DNA of 63,582 bases, filler included, from Octopus bimaculoides (GCF_001194135.2; 7 parts of 7 records of this genome joined end to end with filler, not necessarily neighbours in it); one strand, 5' to 3'. Shown: positions 27,541 through 40,941, counted from the first letter of the whole stretch. The notes: a model not told the origin generated them from the sequence alone. Translations and numbers: made by a program.

Positions 27541-27901
27541 ACGTACGTACGCACAATGTATTTTGCTGAAACAGGCTTAACGTATGAAAAATGGCGGCGG
27601 TGGAAGAGGTAAACATCAAAGTGTAGAGAAGAAATCTGCATACGAGTTGGAAGAAGAAAAAGAAGGAGAAAAAAGAAGAAGACCAAGAAGAAAAATATAA
27701 TCTAAGAAATCAGGAACGCTAGAAAGGATTAGCCAATTATTTAGGATCGGTAACAATGATAAGACTTGCTTTTACTCTGTGACTCGGTTTTTCATGCTAA
27801 ACCTTTTTGACGTACAAATATTGATTGCCGGATTGTGTGTGTGCGTCTCTGTAGGAGCGGCTGCTTGCATGTGCAAACACACAAGCACTGCCTCCCCCCC
27901 C

Positions 27902-27953
<52 letters not shown>

Positions 27954-30473
27954 NNNNNNNNNNNNNNNNNNNNNNNNNNNNNNNNNNNNNNNNNNNNNNN
28001 NNNNNNNNNNNNNNNNNNNNNNNNNNNNNNNNNNNNNNNNNNNNNNNNNNNNNNNNNNNNNNNNNNNNNNNNNNNNNNNNNNNNNNNNNNNNNNNNNNNN
28101 NNNNNNNNNNNNNNNNNNNNNNNNNNNNNNNNNNNNNNNNNNNNNNNNNNNNNNNNNNNNNNNNNNNNNNNNNNNNNNNNNNNNNNNNNNNNNNNNNNNN
28201 NNNNNNNNNNNNNNNNNNNNNNNNNNNNNNNNNNNNNNNNNNNNNNNNNNNNNNNNNNNNNNNNNNNNNNNNNNNNNNNNNNNNNNNNNNNNNNNNNNNN
28301 NNNNNNNNNNNNNNNNNNNNNNNNNNNNNNNNNNNNNNNNNNNNNNNNNNNNNNNNNNNNNNNNNNNNNNNNNNNNNNNNNNNNNNNNNNNNNNNNNNNN
28401 NNNNNNNNNNNNNNNNNNNNNNNNNNNNNNNNNNNNNNNNNNNNNNNNNNNNNNNNNNNNNNNNNNNNNNNNNNNNNNNNNNNNNNNNNNNNNNNNNNNN
28501 NNNNNNNNNNNNNNNNNNNNNNNNNNNNNNNNNNNNNNNNNNNNNNNNNNNNNNNNNNNNNNNNNNNNNNNNNNNNNNNNNNNNNNNNNNNNNNNNNNNN
28601 NNNNNNNNNNNNNNNNNNNNNNNNNNNNNNNNNNNNNNNNNNNNNNNNNNNNNNNNNNNNNNNNNNNNNNNNNNNNNNNNNNNNNNNNNNNNNNNNNNNN
28701 NNNNNNNNNNNNNNNNNNNNNNNNNNNNNNNNNNNNNNNNNNNNNNNNNNNNNNNNNNNNNNNNNNNNNNNNNNNNNNNNNNNNNNNNNNNNNNNNNNNN
28801 NNNNNNNNNNNNNNNNNNNNNNNNNNNNNNNNNNNNNNNNNNNNNNNNNNNNNNNNNNNNNNNNNNNNNNNNNNNNNNNNNNNNNNNNTATCTATCTTTG
28901 AAGAGCACACATACACATGCACGCTTATGCACCCAAGCACACGCACCGGTGCACCGTCATACACATGCTACAACACATGCACAATCAATCACAAACACAA
29001 CCATACAAATACACATTCTTACTCACACAATAGCGCGTGCACCCAGAAATTTGTGCGTTCGATTCTACGTTTGTGAGAGATTGTATGCATGAGAGTAGGT
29101 GTGTAGTTCTAGGCACTCGCGCAGTCGTGTGCGCGAGTGTGTATTTGCATGCGTGTACTTGCGTGTGTTTATGACTGTGTGGTGGTGTGTAGTATATGTA
29201 TGACTATGTGCCAGTTTGTGCTCGGCTGCATGATTGTGCATATGGATTAGGAATAGATGTAGAGAGAAAGAGAGGGGTGATGATAAAGATACAGAGAATG
29301 ATTGAGAGAGAGAGAGAGTCTTTAAAAAAAACCTTTTACCATTTATTATAAAAGCGGAGAAACTCTGGAATTTGTCTTGGTAGAGATTTTCAAAATTAGG
29401 CATTTTATACATTTTTATATTCCTTAACAAGAGAAATAAAGGTAGCATCTGTGACCCTTTTCAGGGTTTCTGGAATTACTGAGAGGAAAAACAGTAGTTA
29501 TTCTCATATGTGAAATTTGGCTAGAATTCTTGCGCCAACAAAATGAACTCTACCAAAAGACTCACAAAGGTCATGTAATGGTGTTAAACAAGGCGATATA
29601 CTAAGTCTATTTCCCAGTAAATACATTATTTGTACCAGGATGTTATGTGTTTTAGGTAGATATAAACACGCTTCCTAGAAACAGTAACATCTTATTTACA
29701 TTTGGCCTAAAGTTATCTTCCAGTTCTACACCAATCATTAACTCTCAGAAAAAAACAGTTAGAGAATCTCAAAATGTCAACATCCAAAGACAACCACCGA
29801 ATCCGAAAAGGCTCTTAACAAAGGCCAAATTTATATCAAAGAAGAAATAATACAGATAAAACGCGGAGACCTTCGCTGACGAGCGAAATAATTGAACAGG
29901 GCGAAACCAAAAACTTTAAGAATAGGAAGGAATTGAAGGTTAATGCGAATAAGAATTGCAAAACAAGAAAAAAAAATCATTTATGTATCACAAGCCCATT
30001 GTGCAATGAGAATTATATTGACTAAATGGAATCAAAATAACTGTATTTTAACGTGTACAAGGAACCCTTTCTTGTCAAAAATATGGGAATTTCTTATACA
30101 AGGATAGTATTAGAATACCTTACAAAACCTTTTTTCCAAATTTTAAGCCCCCCAAATTAAGGGGTTCCTTACACATGTTAAAATACTATAATATGTTGCG
30201 TTAGGGTACATAAAAGAACAAATACATTTTCATCTCTTAGAAATGTTTCATTTAATAAACCTCTAGACATTTGTGCAAATGCGAAATTCCAAATAGTCTT
30301 TTGTCAAAATAAAGGGAATAAAATGTTCGACTACGAAATGCAAAGCAAGGATACTTTACAGATATTCTAAATCCAAAACTAAACCGAAAATAGTCAACGT
30401 TACTACTAAAACAAATTTCCTTTATACAAATTATCCTATAACAAGTGTGTTTGCAAAGTTATAAACAGCTTAA

Positions 30474-30796
30474 ACCTGCTCGTGAAATTAACGTGCAAGT
30501 GGCTGAGCACTCCACAGACACGTGTACCCTTAACGTAGTTCTCGGGGATATGAAGCATGACACAGTGTGACAAGGCTGACCCTTTGAATTACAGGCACAA
30601 CAGAAACAGGAAGTAAGAAAGAGAGAAAGTTGTGGTGAAAGAGTACAGCAGGGTTCGCCACCATCCCCTGTCGGAGCCTCGTGGAGCTTTAGGTGTTTTC
30701 GCTCAATAAACACTCACAACGCCCGGTCTGGGAATCGAAACCGCGATCCTACGACCGCGAGTCCGCTGCCCTAACCACTGGGCCATTGCGCCTCCA
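30474..30796 (-). mobile_element. tRNA-derived SINE, family C
   Basis: The minus-strand head is tggaggcgcaatggcccagtggttagggcagcggactcgcggtcgtaggatcgcggtttcgattccc. It is highly similar to the copies at 37020 and 50618. Confidence 0.88.
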
Positions 30797-31574
30797 TGCA
30801 TGTATGTATATATATATANNNNNNNNNNNNNNNNNNNNNNNNNNNNNNNNNNNNNNNNNNNNNNNNNNNNNNNNNNNNNNNNNNNNNNNNNNNNNNNNNN
30901 NNNNNNNNNNNNNNNNNNNNNNNNNNNNNNNNNNNNNNNNNNNNNNNNNNNNNNNNNNNNNNNNNNNNNNNNNNNNNNNNNNNNNNNNNNNNNNNNNNNN
31001 NNNNNNNNNNNNNNNNNNNNNNNNNNNNNNNNNNNNNTATAGATAATTAATTATATTCGAATTAACGCATTAAAATGAAATCAATAGAATAAAGTATACG
31101 CTGCATTCAAAATAAAATAAAATAAAATAAAATAAAATAAAATTATATATATATATATATACGAAATCATTTATTTCTGTGTGCCGCACATACAGAAACA
31201 TTGTGACAGCAATAACCGCATAACCATACATAACACAATATAGTCAAACATTTTCTTTACTCCAACAGTCATTAACACAGAAGCAACAACTCATATTTTC
31301 CACACAATTGTTCACATAACTAAAACGATTTACATCGAGAAATTATGTCAGACCTTCTTTGACGTAGACGTCACAGAAACTCGTATCTTCAACAAAGCAT
31401 TTCTGACAAATAATGTCACGCAGTCATAAAGTTATCTCCTTACACATTTTAGTCATTAGACCGTGTCGGCCTTCAAGGACATAAGTTGATTGTAATGATC
31501 TCGGCACTTTTTTTCAATGGGGTATATATTTTATCTGGCTCTGTTTATCGAACAGCTAAGGTACATGTGACGTA

Positions 31575-32115
31575 AAATGCATGCAGCCCCAAAAAGTAAT
31601 GCCATTTTGTCTAGGACAGGTATAATTACCAACACAGGAACATGTATCATACATCAAAATGAAGCTGGTCCTCTGTAGGTCACATCCCTACTTCTCAACA
31701 TAGTCATCGTTTCTCTCAATAGCAATGTTCCACCTTCGAATGAGAGCATGTATCCCTGCCCCGTAAAATTTTGTTGACTGTTCTTTGAGCCACTTCTTCA
31801 CTACAGTGTTCACTTCCTCGCCACGGGAATAATGTTTGCCTCTCGAACCCTCTTTCGTGGTGCCGAAGAGATAATAGTCCGAAGGCGCTAAATCTGGTGA
31901 GTGTGGAGATAGTGAAGAACAGGCAACAGAATTTTACGGGGCAGGGATACATGCTCTCTTTCGAAGGTAGAACATTGCTATTGAGAGAAACGGTGACTAT
32001 GTTGAGAAGTAGAGATATGATCCACAAAGGACTAGCTTCGTTTTGATGCATGATACATGTTGGTAATTATACCTGTCATAAACAAAATGGCATTACTTTT
32101 TGACTCACCTTCGTA
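31575..32115. mobile_element. Palindromic mariner-derived non-autonomous element built from two transposase 3' ends
   Basis: The arms at about 31591-31790 and 31915-32105 are inverted copies. The minus strand reads SPHSPDLAPSDYYLFGTTKEGSRGKHYSRGEEVNTVVKKWLKEQSTKFYGAGIHALIRRWNIAIERNDDYVEK*, containing the mariner YSPDLAPxD-type motif. The plus arm reads EEQATEFYGAGIHALFRR*NIAIERNGDYVEK*. The right end ggcattactttttgactcaccttcg is followed by TA. Confidence 0.88.
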
Positions 32116-32204
32116 CCATTCACAGAGTCTCGCGGGCCGCAGTTTGCCCACGACTTATTTAGAGGCTTCCTTTGTCGGCGAGCATTGATTTATGATTAAC
32201 TTCA

Positions 32205-32399
32205 TGTATGTGTGTCTTTGTGTCTATGTTTGTCATCCCACCATCGCTTCCCGTAACTTAGTGGCTCGTCAAAAGCGACCGATAGACTAAGTACTAGGCT
32301 TACAAAGAATGAGTCCTGGGGTCGATTTCTTCGACTAAAAAGCCCTTTAAGCCGGTGCTCCAGCGTGGCCGCAGTCAAATGACTGAAACAAGTAAAAGA

Positions 32400-32436
<37 letters not shown>

Positions 32437-32742
32437 TTTGCGTTTGTCCCCCACCACCACTTGACAACCGGTGTTGGTGTGTTTACGTCCANNNNNNNNN
32501 NNNNNNNNNNNNNNNNNNNNNNNNNNNNNNNNNNNNNNNNNNNNNNNNNNNNNNNTGTCTTTGTGTCTATGTTTGTCATCCCACCATCGCTTCCCGTAAC
32601 TTAGTGGTTCGTCAAAAGCGACCGATAGACTAAGTACTAGGCTTACAAAGAATGAGTCCTGGGGTCGATTTCTTCGACTAAAAAGCCCTTTAAGCCGGTG
32701 CTCCAGCGTGGCCGCAGTCAAATGACTGAAACAAGTAAAAGA

Positions 32743-32779
<37 letters not shown>

Positions 32780-32950
32780 TTTGCGTTTGTCCCCCACCAC
32801 CACTTGACAACCGGTGTTGGTGTGTTTACGTCCACGTAACCTAGCGGTTCGGCGAAAAGATCGATACAATAAGGGGTCAATTCATTCGACTAAAATCCTT
32901 CCAATCGATGCACTGGAATGGTCGCAGACTAATGAACGAGACAAGTAAAA
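32205..32950 (+). mobile_element. SINE family A 3' halves, duplicated across a gap
   Basis: 32213-32491 and 32556-32834 are nearly identical (one visible difference, gtggctcgtc vs gtggttcgtc). An older copy follows. Confidence 0.8.
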
Positions 32951-33288
32951 AATAAAAGATTTGTTTGAAATGCTAGGCTGGGATTTGAAAGAGATTTAGC
33001 TGCTATTTCTAGCAGGTTTATCGACCACGTTGAGGCTTTCCTCGACGGCTGATATTGGCTGGTGAATTGCTTTGTAGAAAGCTGCATTACTGTTTGGCAT
33101 TTTTACTGTATGAGAACATTCTTTTGAACCAAGAATGTCCCTTCTCCTACAGTATAACATGTGCAGAGAGGTTCTTCTGATAGATTCAGATATTTGAATA
33201 TATCGATCACACGGAATGTTAGTTAGAGAGACAGAGAGAGGTGGGGGTAGAAGGAGGTAGGATGAGAGGGAGCTAAGGAAACAGTAAC

Positions 33289-33289
<1 letters not shown>

Positions 33290-33351
<62 letters not shown>

Positions 33352-34023
33352 CAGAAAGAAGGAAAGAAAGAAAGAAAGAAAGAAAGAAACGAACAAACAA
33401 ACAAACGCAGAGCAAAAAAGAGTGAAAGGCAAAAACAGACACAACGACAGAGAGAGAGGGGGAAAGGGAGAGAGAGAGGGATAGAGAGNNNNNNNNNNNN
33501 NNNNNNNNNNNNNNNNNNNNNNNNNNNNNNNNNNNNNNNNNNNNNNNNNNNNNNNNNNNNNNNNNNNNNNNNNNNNNNNNNNNNNNNNNNNNNNNNNNNN
33601 NNNNNNNNNNNNNNNNNNNNNNNNNNNNNNNNNNNNNNNNNNNNNNNNNNNNNNNNNNNNNNNNNNNNNNNNNNNNNNNNNNNNNNNNNNNNNNNNNNNN
33701 NNNNNNNNNNNNNNNNNNNNNNNNNNNNNNNNNNNNNNNNNNNNNNNGGAGAGAGAGAGGGAGAGAGAGAGGGAGAGAGAGGGAGAGAGAGAGTATGTGA
33801 GAGAGAAAGTGAGACATAGACGAGGAAAGAGAGACTAAAAGAGAACTAAAAAGAGAGAATTTGACTCAAAGAAGCTGGCATAAATGAGAACCGGCATGTT
33901 GATGTGTGCGTAAGCACGTGTTTCTGAGTAAGCGCGCGCGTACATACGGGTGAGCATGTGTGTATGTATATACACACACCATTCATTAATCAAAAATTCT
34001 ATATATTTTTCGTATGCATGAGA

Positions 34024-34080
<57 letters not shown>

Positions 34081-34345
34081 CAATATATAGACAGACAGAC
34101 AGATAGATAGATACATACATACATACATACATACATACATACATACATACATACATACATACATACATACAATGGAAGACAGACAGAGACAGACAGACAG
34201 ACAAATAGAATACATACAATGAAAGACAGTCGGACTGACAGATAAGCAGTCAGACAGACAGACAGACGGACGTACGGACAGACTGATAGATAGATAGATA
34301 CATACATACATACATACATACATACATACATACAACGAAAGCACA
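33290..34345. repeat. (AAAG)n, (AG)n, (AGAT)n and (ACAT)n microsatellite cluster
   Basis: Directly visible. Confidence 0.9.
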
Positions 34346-35372
34346 GGCAGACAGACAGATAGATAAATAGATATATTGGAAAAAGATAGACGGAAGACAA
34401 TATATAAAGAAAAAAACTCAAGAGACATAGCAAGACAGACCGATCGACAGACATTAGATGGAATGTGGAACATTCCACAACCCCATTCCGAGGTAGTCAA
34501 TTGATACAGTTGATATCATTTAACATCAGCAGTATATTTATCGATACAAACATAAAGTATATACTGTATCACATCGTCATTGTTACACATAGTTTCGTTT
34601 ACAAAGGCCAGTCAGCTGATCAGCTGATTGGCTGCCTCAGAAGTTCCGTGTAATCACTTCACACGTATGTATGTATGTATGTATGTATGTATGTATGTGT
34701 GTATGTATGTATGTATGTATGTACGTATGCCTGTATGTATATTTGAATGCATGTATACACGCATTTATGAACACATGTAATGTATGTACGCATATATACA
34801 TGCAGGAATCTATATACACATGTATATATATATATATATATNNNNNNNNNNNNNNNNNNNNNNNNNNNNNNNNNNNNNNNNNNNNNNNNNNNNNNNNNNN
34901 NNNNNNNNNNNNNNNNNNNNNNNNNNNNNNNNNNNNNNNNNNNNNNNNNNNNNNNNNNNNNNNNNNNNNNNNNNNNNNNNNNNNNNNNNNNNNNNNNNNN
35001 NNNNNNNNNNNNNNNNNNNNNNNNNNNNNNNNNNNNNNNNNNNNNNNNNNNNNNNNNNNNNNNNNNNNNNNNNNNNNNNNNNNNNNNNNNNNNNNNNNNN
35101 NNNNNNNNNNNNNNNNNNNNNNNNNNNNNNNNNNNNNNNNNNNNNNNNNNNNNNNNNNNNNNNNNNNNNNNNNNNNNNNNNNNNNNNNNNNNNNNNNNNN
35201 NNNNNNNNNNNNNNNNNNNNNNNNNNNNNNNNNNNNNNNNNNNNNNNNNNNNNNNNNNNNNNNNNNNNNNNNNNNNNNNNNNNNNNNNNNNNNGTGACGA
35301 ATAACGTGGTCGTTCGGAGTAAAGCCGAAAATGCTTGTTCCGATATAGAAATCGGCAAACAAAACACATACT

Positions 35373-35811
35373 AAATTAGAAATGACACATTTCTAAATCT
35401 CTCAGGGAGGCTTAAGCATTAGTAATACGATAAAGTAGTTGTATACTGTCAACTTAACTTGACAGTCCCTACGGCTTAAGTCTCTCTGAGAGATTTAGAA
35501 ATGTATCATTTCTAACTTTTGTAATCAGTGAATGTGTTTCACTAGAATTATTATATGTTTGCGAGAGCTAGACAGGCACCTTCAGCTAGCAAGTCATGCT
35601 ACTCCAGGTTGATGACGAGCAAAAACTCAGAAACATGTTCCTGGATGCAGGCTTGGCTGGGTGGGGGTGCTTGTCTCCCCCTCGTAAACATAAAGACACA
35701 GGAAATGTGTCAAGACCGACAGGAAGCGGTACAGCTTCCTAGGGTTAAATAGCAGTAGTATGATTCCCACATTGGGACTGTCACGTTAAGTTGACAGTAT
35801 GCAACTACTTT
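35373..35811. repeat. Interleaved inverted repeats A-B-A'-B'
   Basis: A at 35373-35417 (aaattagaaatgacacatttctaaatctctcagggaggcttaagc) is inverted at 35474-35519. B at 35432-35469 (aaagtagttgtatactgtcaacttaacttgacagtccc) is inverted at 35774-35811. Confidence 0.85.
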
Positions 35812-35874
35812 AAAACACATACTGATTTATGCAAAAGCTTGCCAGGTTAAAATTACATTGATATATGCTAATGA

Positions 35875-36270
35875 AAGGCAGCAAATTGGCAGAATCATTT
35901 CGTCCGTTTTTAAGTTCTGAGTTTAAATCCCTTTTGGGCTCGATAAAGTAAGTACCAGTTGAGTACTGAGGACGATATATGTAATCGACTTAAATCTTCC
36001 CCCAAAATTTCAGACGTTGTGCCTATAGTAGAAAGGATTATCTTTATTATTATAAGAGTGGAGAGCTGACCGAATCGTTAACGCATCTGACACATTGCTT
36101 GGCGGCCATTGCCTCCAGATTTATATTCCGATCCAAGTACTGCCGGTATCAGCTTTGCTTTTCATCTTTTCGTTGTCGATAAAATATAGTACCAGTCAAG
36201 TACTGGGGTCAATGTAATCGACAAACTGACTTAACTCGAAAAAATTGCCAGCCTTGTGCCAAATTTGAAA
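35875..36270 (+). mobile_element. Two tandem degraded family B SINEs
   Basis: The motifs gtcgataaa...taccagt...tgtaatcgac...cttgtgcc occur twice head-to-tail. Confidence 0.7.
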
Positions 36271-36289
36271 CATTTGTTAATATTGCAGG

Positions 36290-36644
36290 AGTGACTGTGT
36301 GGTAAGAAGCTTGCTTCCCAGCCACATGGTTCTGGGTTCATCCCCACTGAGTGGTACCTTGGGCAAGTGTGTTCTACTATATCCTCGGGCCGACCAAAGT
36401 CTTGTGAGTAGATTAGGTAGACGGAAACTGAAACAAGCCCATCGTATATATATATATGTGTGTGTGTGTGTATGTGTGTGTGCGTGCATGTATTTGTGTG
36501 TCTGTGTTTGTNNNNNNNNNNTATATATATATGTGTGTGTGTGTGTATGTGTGTGTGCGTGCATGTATTTGTGTGTCTGTGTTTGTTCCCCCACCATCGC
36601 TTGACAACCGATGTTGGTGTATATACATCCCCATAACTTAGCGG

Positions 36645-36675
<31 letters not shown>

Positions 36676-36820
36676 CATACATACATACATACAAAGAACC
36701 CGATAGAATAAGTACTAGGCTTACAAAGAAGAAGTCCTGGGGTCGATTTACTCGACTAAACGCGGTGCTCCAGCCTGGCCGCAGTCAAATGACCGAAGCA
36801 AGTAAATGAATAAAAGAATC
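36290..36820 (+). mobile_element. SINE family A, full length
   Basis: The head gtgactgtgtggtaagaagcttgcttcccagccacatggttctgggttca is followed by the body, an (ACAT)n tract and the tail gcggtgctccagcctggccgcagtcaaatgaccgaagcaagtaaatgaataaaaga. Confidence 0.85.
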
Positions 36821-37019
36821 TTGTTTTAACACAATAACTTCGCTGGAGAATGTCACGAAGTGTTAGCTGCCCACAACCCGTGGATCAAAGTAACACACTT
36901 TATTCAGATTTTGAAAACTCTGCGGAGAATTCGTATAGTTTCAAGCAACACTTCTTTCCTGTGGATTCTCTAACTTCACATTTACTCCTATCTTTTTAAC
37001 CTAGTACCAACATCAACAG

Positions 37020-37412
37020 TGGAGGCGCAATGGTCCAGTGGTTAGGGCAGCGGACTCGCGGTCGTAAGATCGCGGTTTCGATTCCCAGACCGGGCGTTGT
37101 GAGTGTTTATTGGGCGAAAACACCTAAAGCTCTACGAGGCTCCGGCAAGGGATTGTGGCGAACCCTGCTGTACTCTTCCACCACAACTTTCTCTCACTCT
37201 TACTTCCTGCTTCTGTTGTGCCTGTAATTCAAAGGGGCCAGCCTTGTCACACTGTGTCACGCTGAATCTCCCCGAGAACTACTTTAAGGGTACACGTGTC
37301 CGTGTCTGTGGAGTGCTCAGCTACTTGCATGTTAATTTCACGAGCAGGCTGTTCCGTTGATCGGATCAATTGGAACCCTCGACGTCGTAAGCGACGGAGT
37401 GCCAACAACCAA
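37020..37412 (+). mobile_element. SINE family C, full length with (AAC)n tail
   Basis: It runs from the head tggaggcgcaatggtccagtggttagggcagcggactcgcgg to gtcgtaagcgacggagtgccaacaacc. Confidence 0.88.
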
Positions 37413-37514
37413 CAACAACAGCTATAACACCCATTTCCTTCATTAGCTACAGTCTTTTTTTTTTTTTTTTTCAACTTGTAACCTTCATATCAGATCTGCT
37501 TCTCTTCTCTTCCT

Positions 37515-37795
37515 GATACTTTCTCACCACCAGGGCATAAAATATCTACGATTAAACAGGTTTTTCCATTTTAATCAGAACCACAATATCCGGCTTTCGA
37601 TGTACAATTTCATGATCACATAGGATCACAAATTCCACCGTATCCCTTTCCTTGTCGCTCTCGATTACTCTAGTGTTTGCCCATACTGATTCCTTGTTCT
37701 ATAAAATTCAAACTTGCAACACAGCTCTAAACGAATCATTGTTGTGACTTTATCAACTTTTCTTTTGTATTCTTTTTGGGTCAGCACGCCTTTTA
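37515..37795 (-). mobile_element. R4/Dong-type LINE fragment (restriction-like endonuclease region)
   Basis: The minus strand reads VLTQKEYKRKVDKVTTMIRLELCCKF and, in another frame, CDHEIVHRKPDIVVL. These resemble the (Y)xxRHD and PD..D segments of RLE-class non-LTR retrotransposons. Confidence 0.65.
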
Positions 37796-38174
37796 GTCTC
37801 ACTTATATCATAGCTCAACTTGCACTCGTCACTATATAATAAATCCAGCATTTGCTCTATTAAAACTATTTTAATCGTGTCACTGCCGGATTACAAACGA
37901 TAATGCAGAGATTGTGATCGAGAGGGTATAAAAAAGGCATGCTGAAGTATTTTCACTCTTGAACTCGAATTGGGTGTGACATGCCATCGTTGAAAGGTGT
38001 TTCAAATGGGGAAAAAATATACAATAGGTGAAGTTACAATAGTTAACATCTAAAAATTTCTCGACGACAGAAAAAAGCAATAAAAGGCGGGGGAAGGGGG
38101 AAAGAAAAAAAATTAAAATCTCGATGTCATAATTTATTAACAACTCACAGAAGAATAGTATGTTTGTATTTTAG

Positions 38175-38300
38175 ATGAAGAAAAAGACGACGACGACGAA
38201 GAAGAAGAAGGAGAAGAAGAAAGAGAAGAAGAAGGAGGAGGAGGAGAAAAAGAAGAAGAAGAAGAAGAAGAAGGAGGAGGAGGAGAAGAAGAAGAAGAAG
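38175..38300. repeat. (GAA/GAG)n trinucleotide tract
   Basis: Directly visible. Confidence 0.9.
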
Positions 38301-40102
38301 ACACGCATACACACAAACACGTAAACACACACACATACACATATTGGTAGAAGTTACAAAAGTGACTCGAGGGCCGAGAACTTCGCGCATGACATTTATC
38401 AAGCGCAGGCATAAATGTGTATGTGTCTATGTATACNNNNNNNNNNNNNNNNNNNNNNNNNNNNNNNNNNNNNNNNNNNNNNNNNNNNNNNNNNNNNNNN
38501 NNNNNNNNNNNNNNNNNNNNNNNNNNNNNNNNNNNNNNNNNNNNNNNNNNNNNNNNNNNNNNNNNNNNNNNNNNNNNNNNNNNNNNNNNNNNNNNNNNNN
38601 NNNNNNNNNNNNNNNNNNNNNNNNNNNNNNNNNNNNNNNNNNNNNNNNNNNNNNNNNNNNNNNNNNNNNNNNNNNNNNNNNNNNNNNNNNNNNNNNNNNN
38701 NNNNNNNNNNNNNNNNNNNNNNNNNNNNNNNNNNNNNNNNNNNNNNNNNNNNNNNNNNNNNNNNNNNNNNNNNNNNNNNNNNNNNNNNNNNNNNNNNNNN
38801 NNNNNNNNNNNNNNNNNNNNNNNNNNNNNNNNNNNNNNNNNNNNNNNNNNNNNNNNNNNNNNNNNNNNNNNNNNNNNNNNNNNNNNNNNNNNNNNNNNNN
38901 NNNNNNNNNNNNNNNNNNNNNNNNNNNNNNNNNNNNNNNNNNNNNNNNNNNNNNNNNNNNNNNNNNNNNNNNNNNNNNNNNNNNNNNNNNNNNNNNNNNN
39001 NNNNNNNNNNNNNNNNNNNNNNNNNNNNNNNNNNNNNNNNNNNNNNNNNNNNNNNNNNNNNNNNNNNNNNNNNNNNNNNNNNNNNNNNNNNNNNNNNNNN
39101 NNNNNNNNNNNNNNNNNNNNNNNNNNNNNNNNNNNNNNNNNNNNNNNNNNNNNNNNNNNNNNNNNNNNNNNNNNNNNNNNNNNNNNNNNNNNNNNNNNNN
39201 NNNNNNNNNNNNNNNNNNNNNNNNNNNNNNNNNNNNNNNNNNNNNNNNNNNNNNNNNNNNNNNNNNNNNNNNNNNNNNNNNNNNNNNNNNNNNNNNNNNN
39301 NNNNNNNNNNNNNNNNNNNNNNNNNNNNNNNNNNNNNNNNNNNNNNNNNNNNNNNNNNNNNNNNNNNNNNNNNNNNNNNNNNNNNNNNNNNNNNNNNNNN
39401 GAGAGGGAGAGAGAGAGAGAGAGGGAGAGGGAGAGAGAGAGAGAGAGATGCAATGCGATATAGCAATCCCTGTATGAGTCACCAGTGTAATTTTCACCAA
39501 GTTGTGATGACAATTCTAACTTTGACACAAATTTTTTCCCTTTGAACTACTTATGAGCTGGCCTACTCTTACTCTCTGCTCTTTACTACCTCTCGCCCTT
39601 CCTCTCACTTCTCCTTCTCACATCTTTCTGTATCACGCCGCCACTCCTCGTTCACTCTGTCTCTCTCTCTGTCTTTTCTTTCTCTCTACCCCTCCGTGTA
39701 ATGTTTTCCTTTTGTCTTTTCATGCTCCTCGAATATTTCATCCTAACCCTGATATATATATATACTGTGTATATATCACTTATGTTTTTTTGTCTCTACT
39801 AAAATTGTTATCTCATTATCTTAACGTCTATTTCACTCTCGTCATATCCCAAGTTCTTCCTTCCTCCTTCTCTCTCGTTTGTGTGTGTATATACGAATGT
39901 GTATATGTGTACGAGTATGTGTGTGTGTATGTATGCATCTACATGCGTGCGTAACTCTGAATGTCCTATCTACCTGCCTGACCAACACACATCCCGGCTA
40001 TCTACTTACCAACCTACATCGCTATTAATCTAACCATCTTTCATTCTCTCTTTCCCTTCTCTTTCTCTCTGTCTCTCTCTTTCTCTTTCACTCTCACAAT
40101 AC

Positions 40103-40155
<53 letters not shown>

Positions 40156-40509
40156 CCTGTATGTCTATCTTTCTATCAATCTGTCTGTCTATCTATCTGT
40201 CTGTTTGTCTGTGTCTGCATATAAGTATTAGTTTGTGCGGTTGTGTGTGCTAGAATACTTGCGTGTATGTGCTTGTATATCTGTATGTATATATGTTAAT
40301 GCATATACGTGTATATAATAACTATGTACATATTTATGTGTATGTATGCAAATATATATACATATATACACACGCACACACAATATAGATAGATAGGCAG
40401 GTAGATAGATACATATATAGATAGACAGACAACAAAATGCTTGAGACTTCGAAAGTTTCAAATATGTTACACACACACACACACACACGCACTCACACAC
40501 ACACGCACT

Positions 40510-40542
<33 letters not shown>

Positions 40543-40684
40543 ACACACACACATACACATAAACAAACATAATAAGCTTTGTATTTTATGCATCATAGTC
40601 AAAAATCCGCGTGGGTGCGGACAAATTTTTGAGGTTTCACTCGTAATTTCAATATATGTATATATATTATTGTGTATACCGTCC

Positions 40685-40719
<35 letters not shown>

Positions 40720-40941
40720 TATATGCATGTACATTTGTCCCGGTGTATAATGTGGGTGTATAATAAAGTATGTATTTAACGTGTTACGTGCGTGTGAGTA
40801 TGGGTTGGTGGGTTAGGTTTAATTGTTGTCACTGAAAAGAATGTCATTGAACGAAGTCAGCCAGTCATTGAAACGAACTATTTGTTTAGCCATGGAGAGA
40901 ATTTCTGAATTCGTTCAACTTTGGGTTCGACCGAGGCGTAG

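Noticed and set aside
32213-32834. Tandem SINE duplication
   Set aside because: The near-identical copies directly flank a gap and are probably two haplotypes or an overlap artefact. The same pattern occurs at 36445-36586.
37020-37100. Possible tRNA gene (also 30720-30796, 36290-36360, 40942-41000 and 58555-58620)
   Set aside because: These tRNA-like heads continue into SINE bodies repeated throughout the window, so they are SINE promoters rather than tRNA genes.
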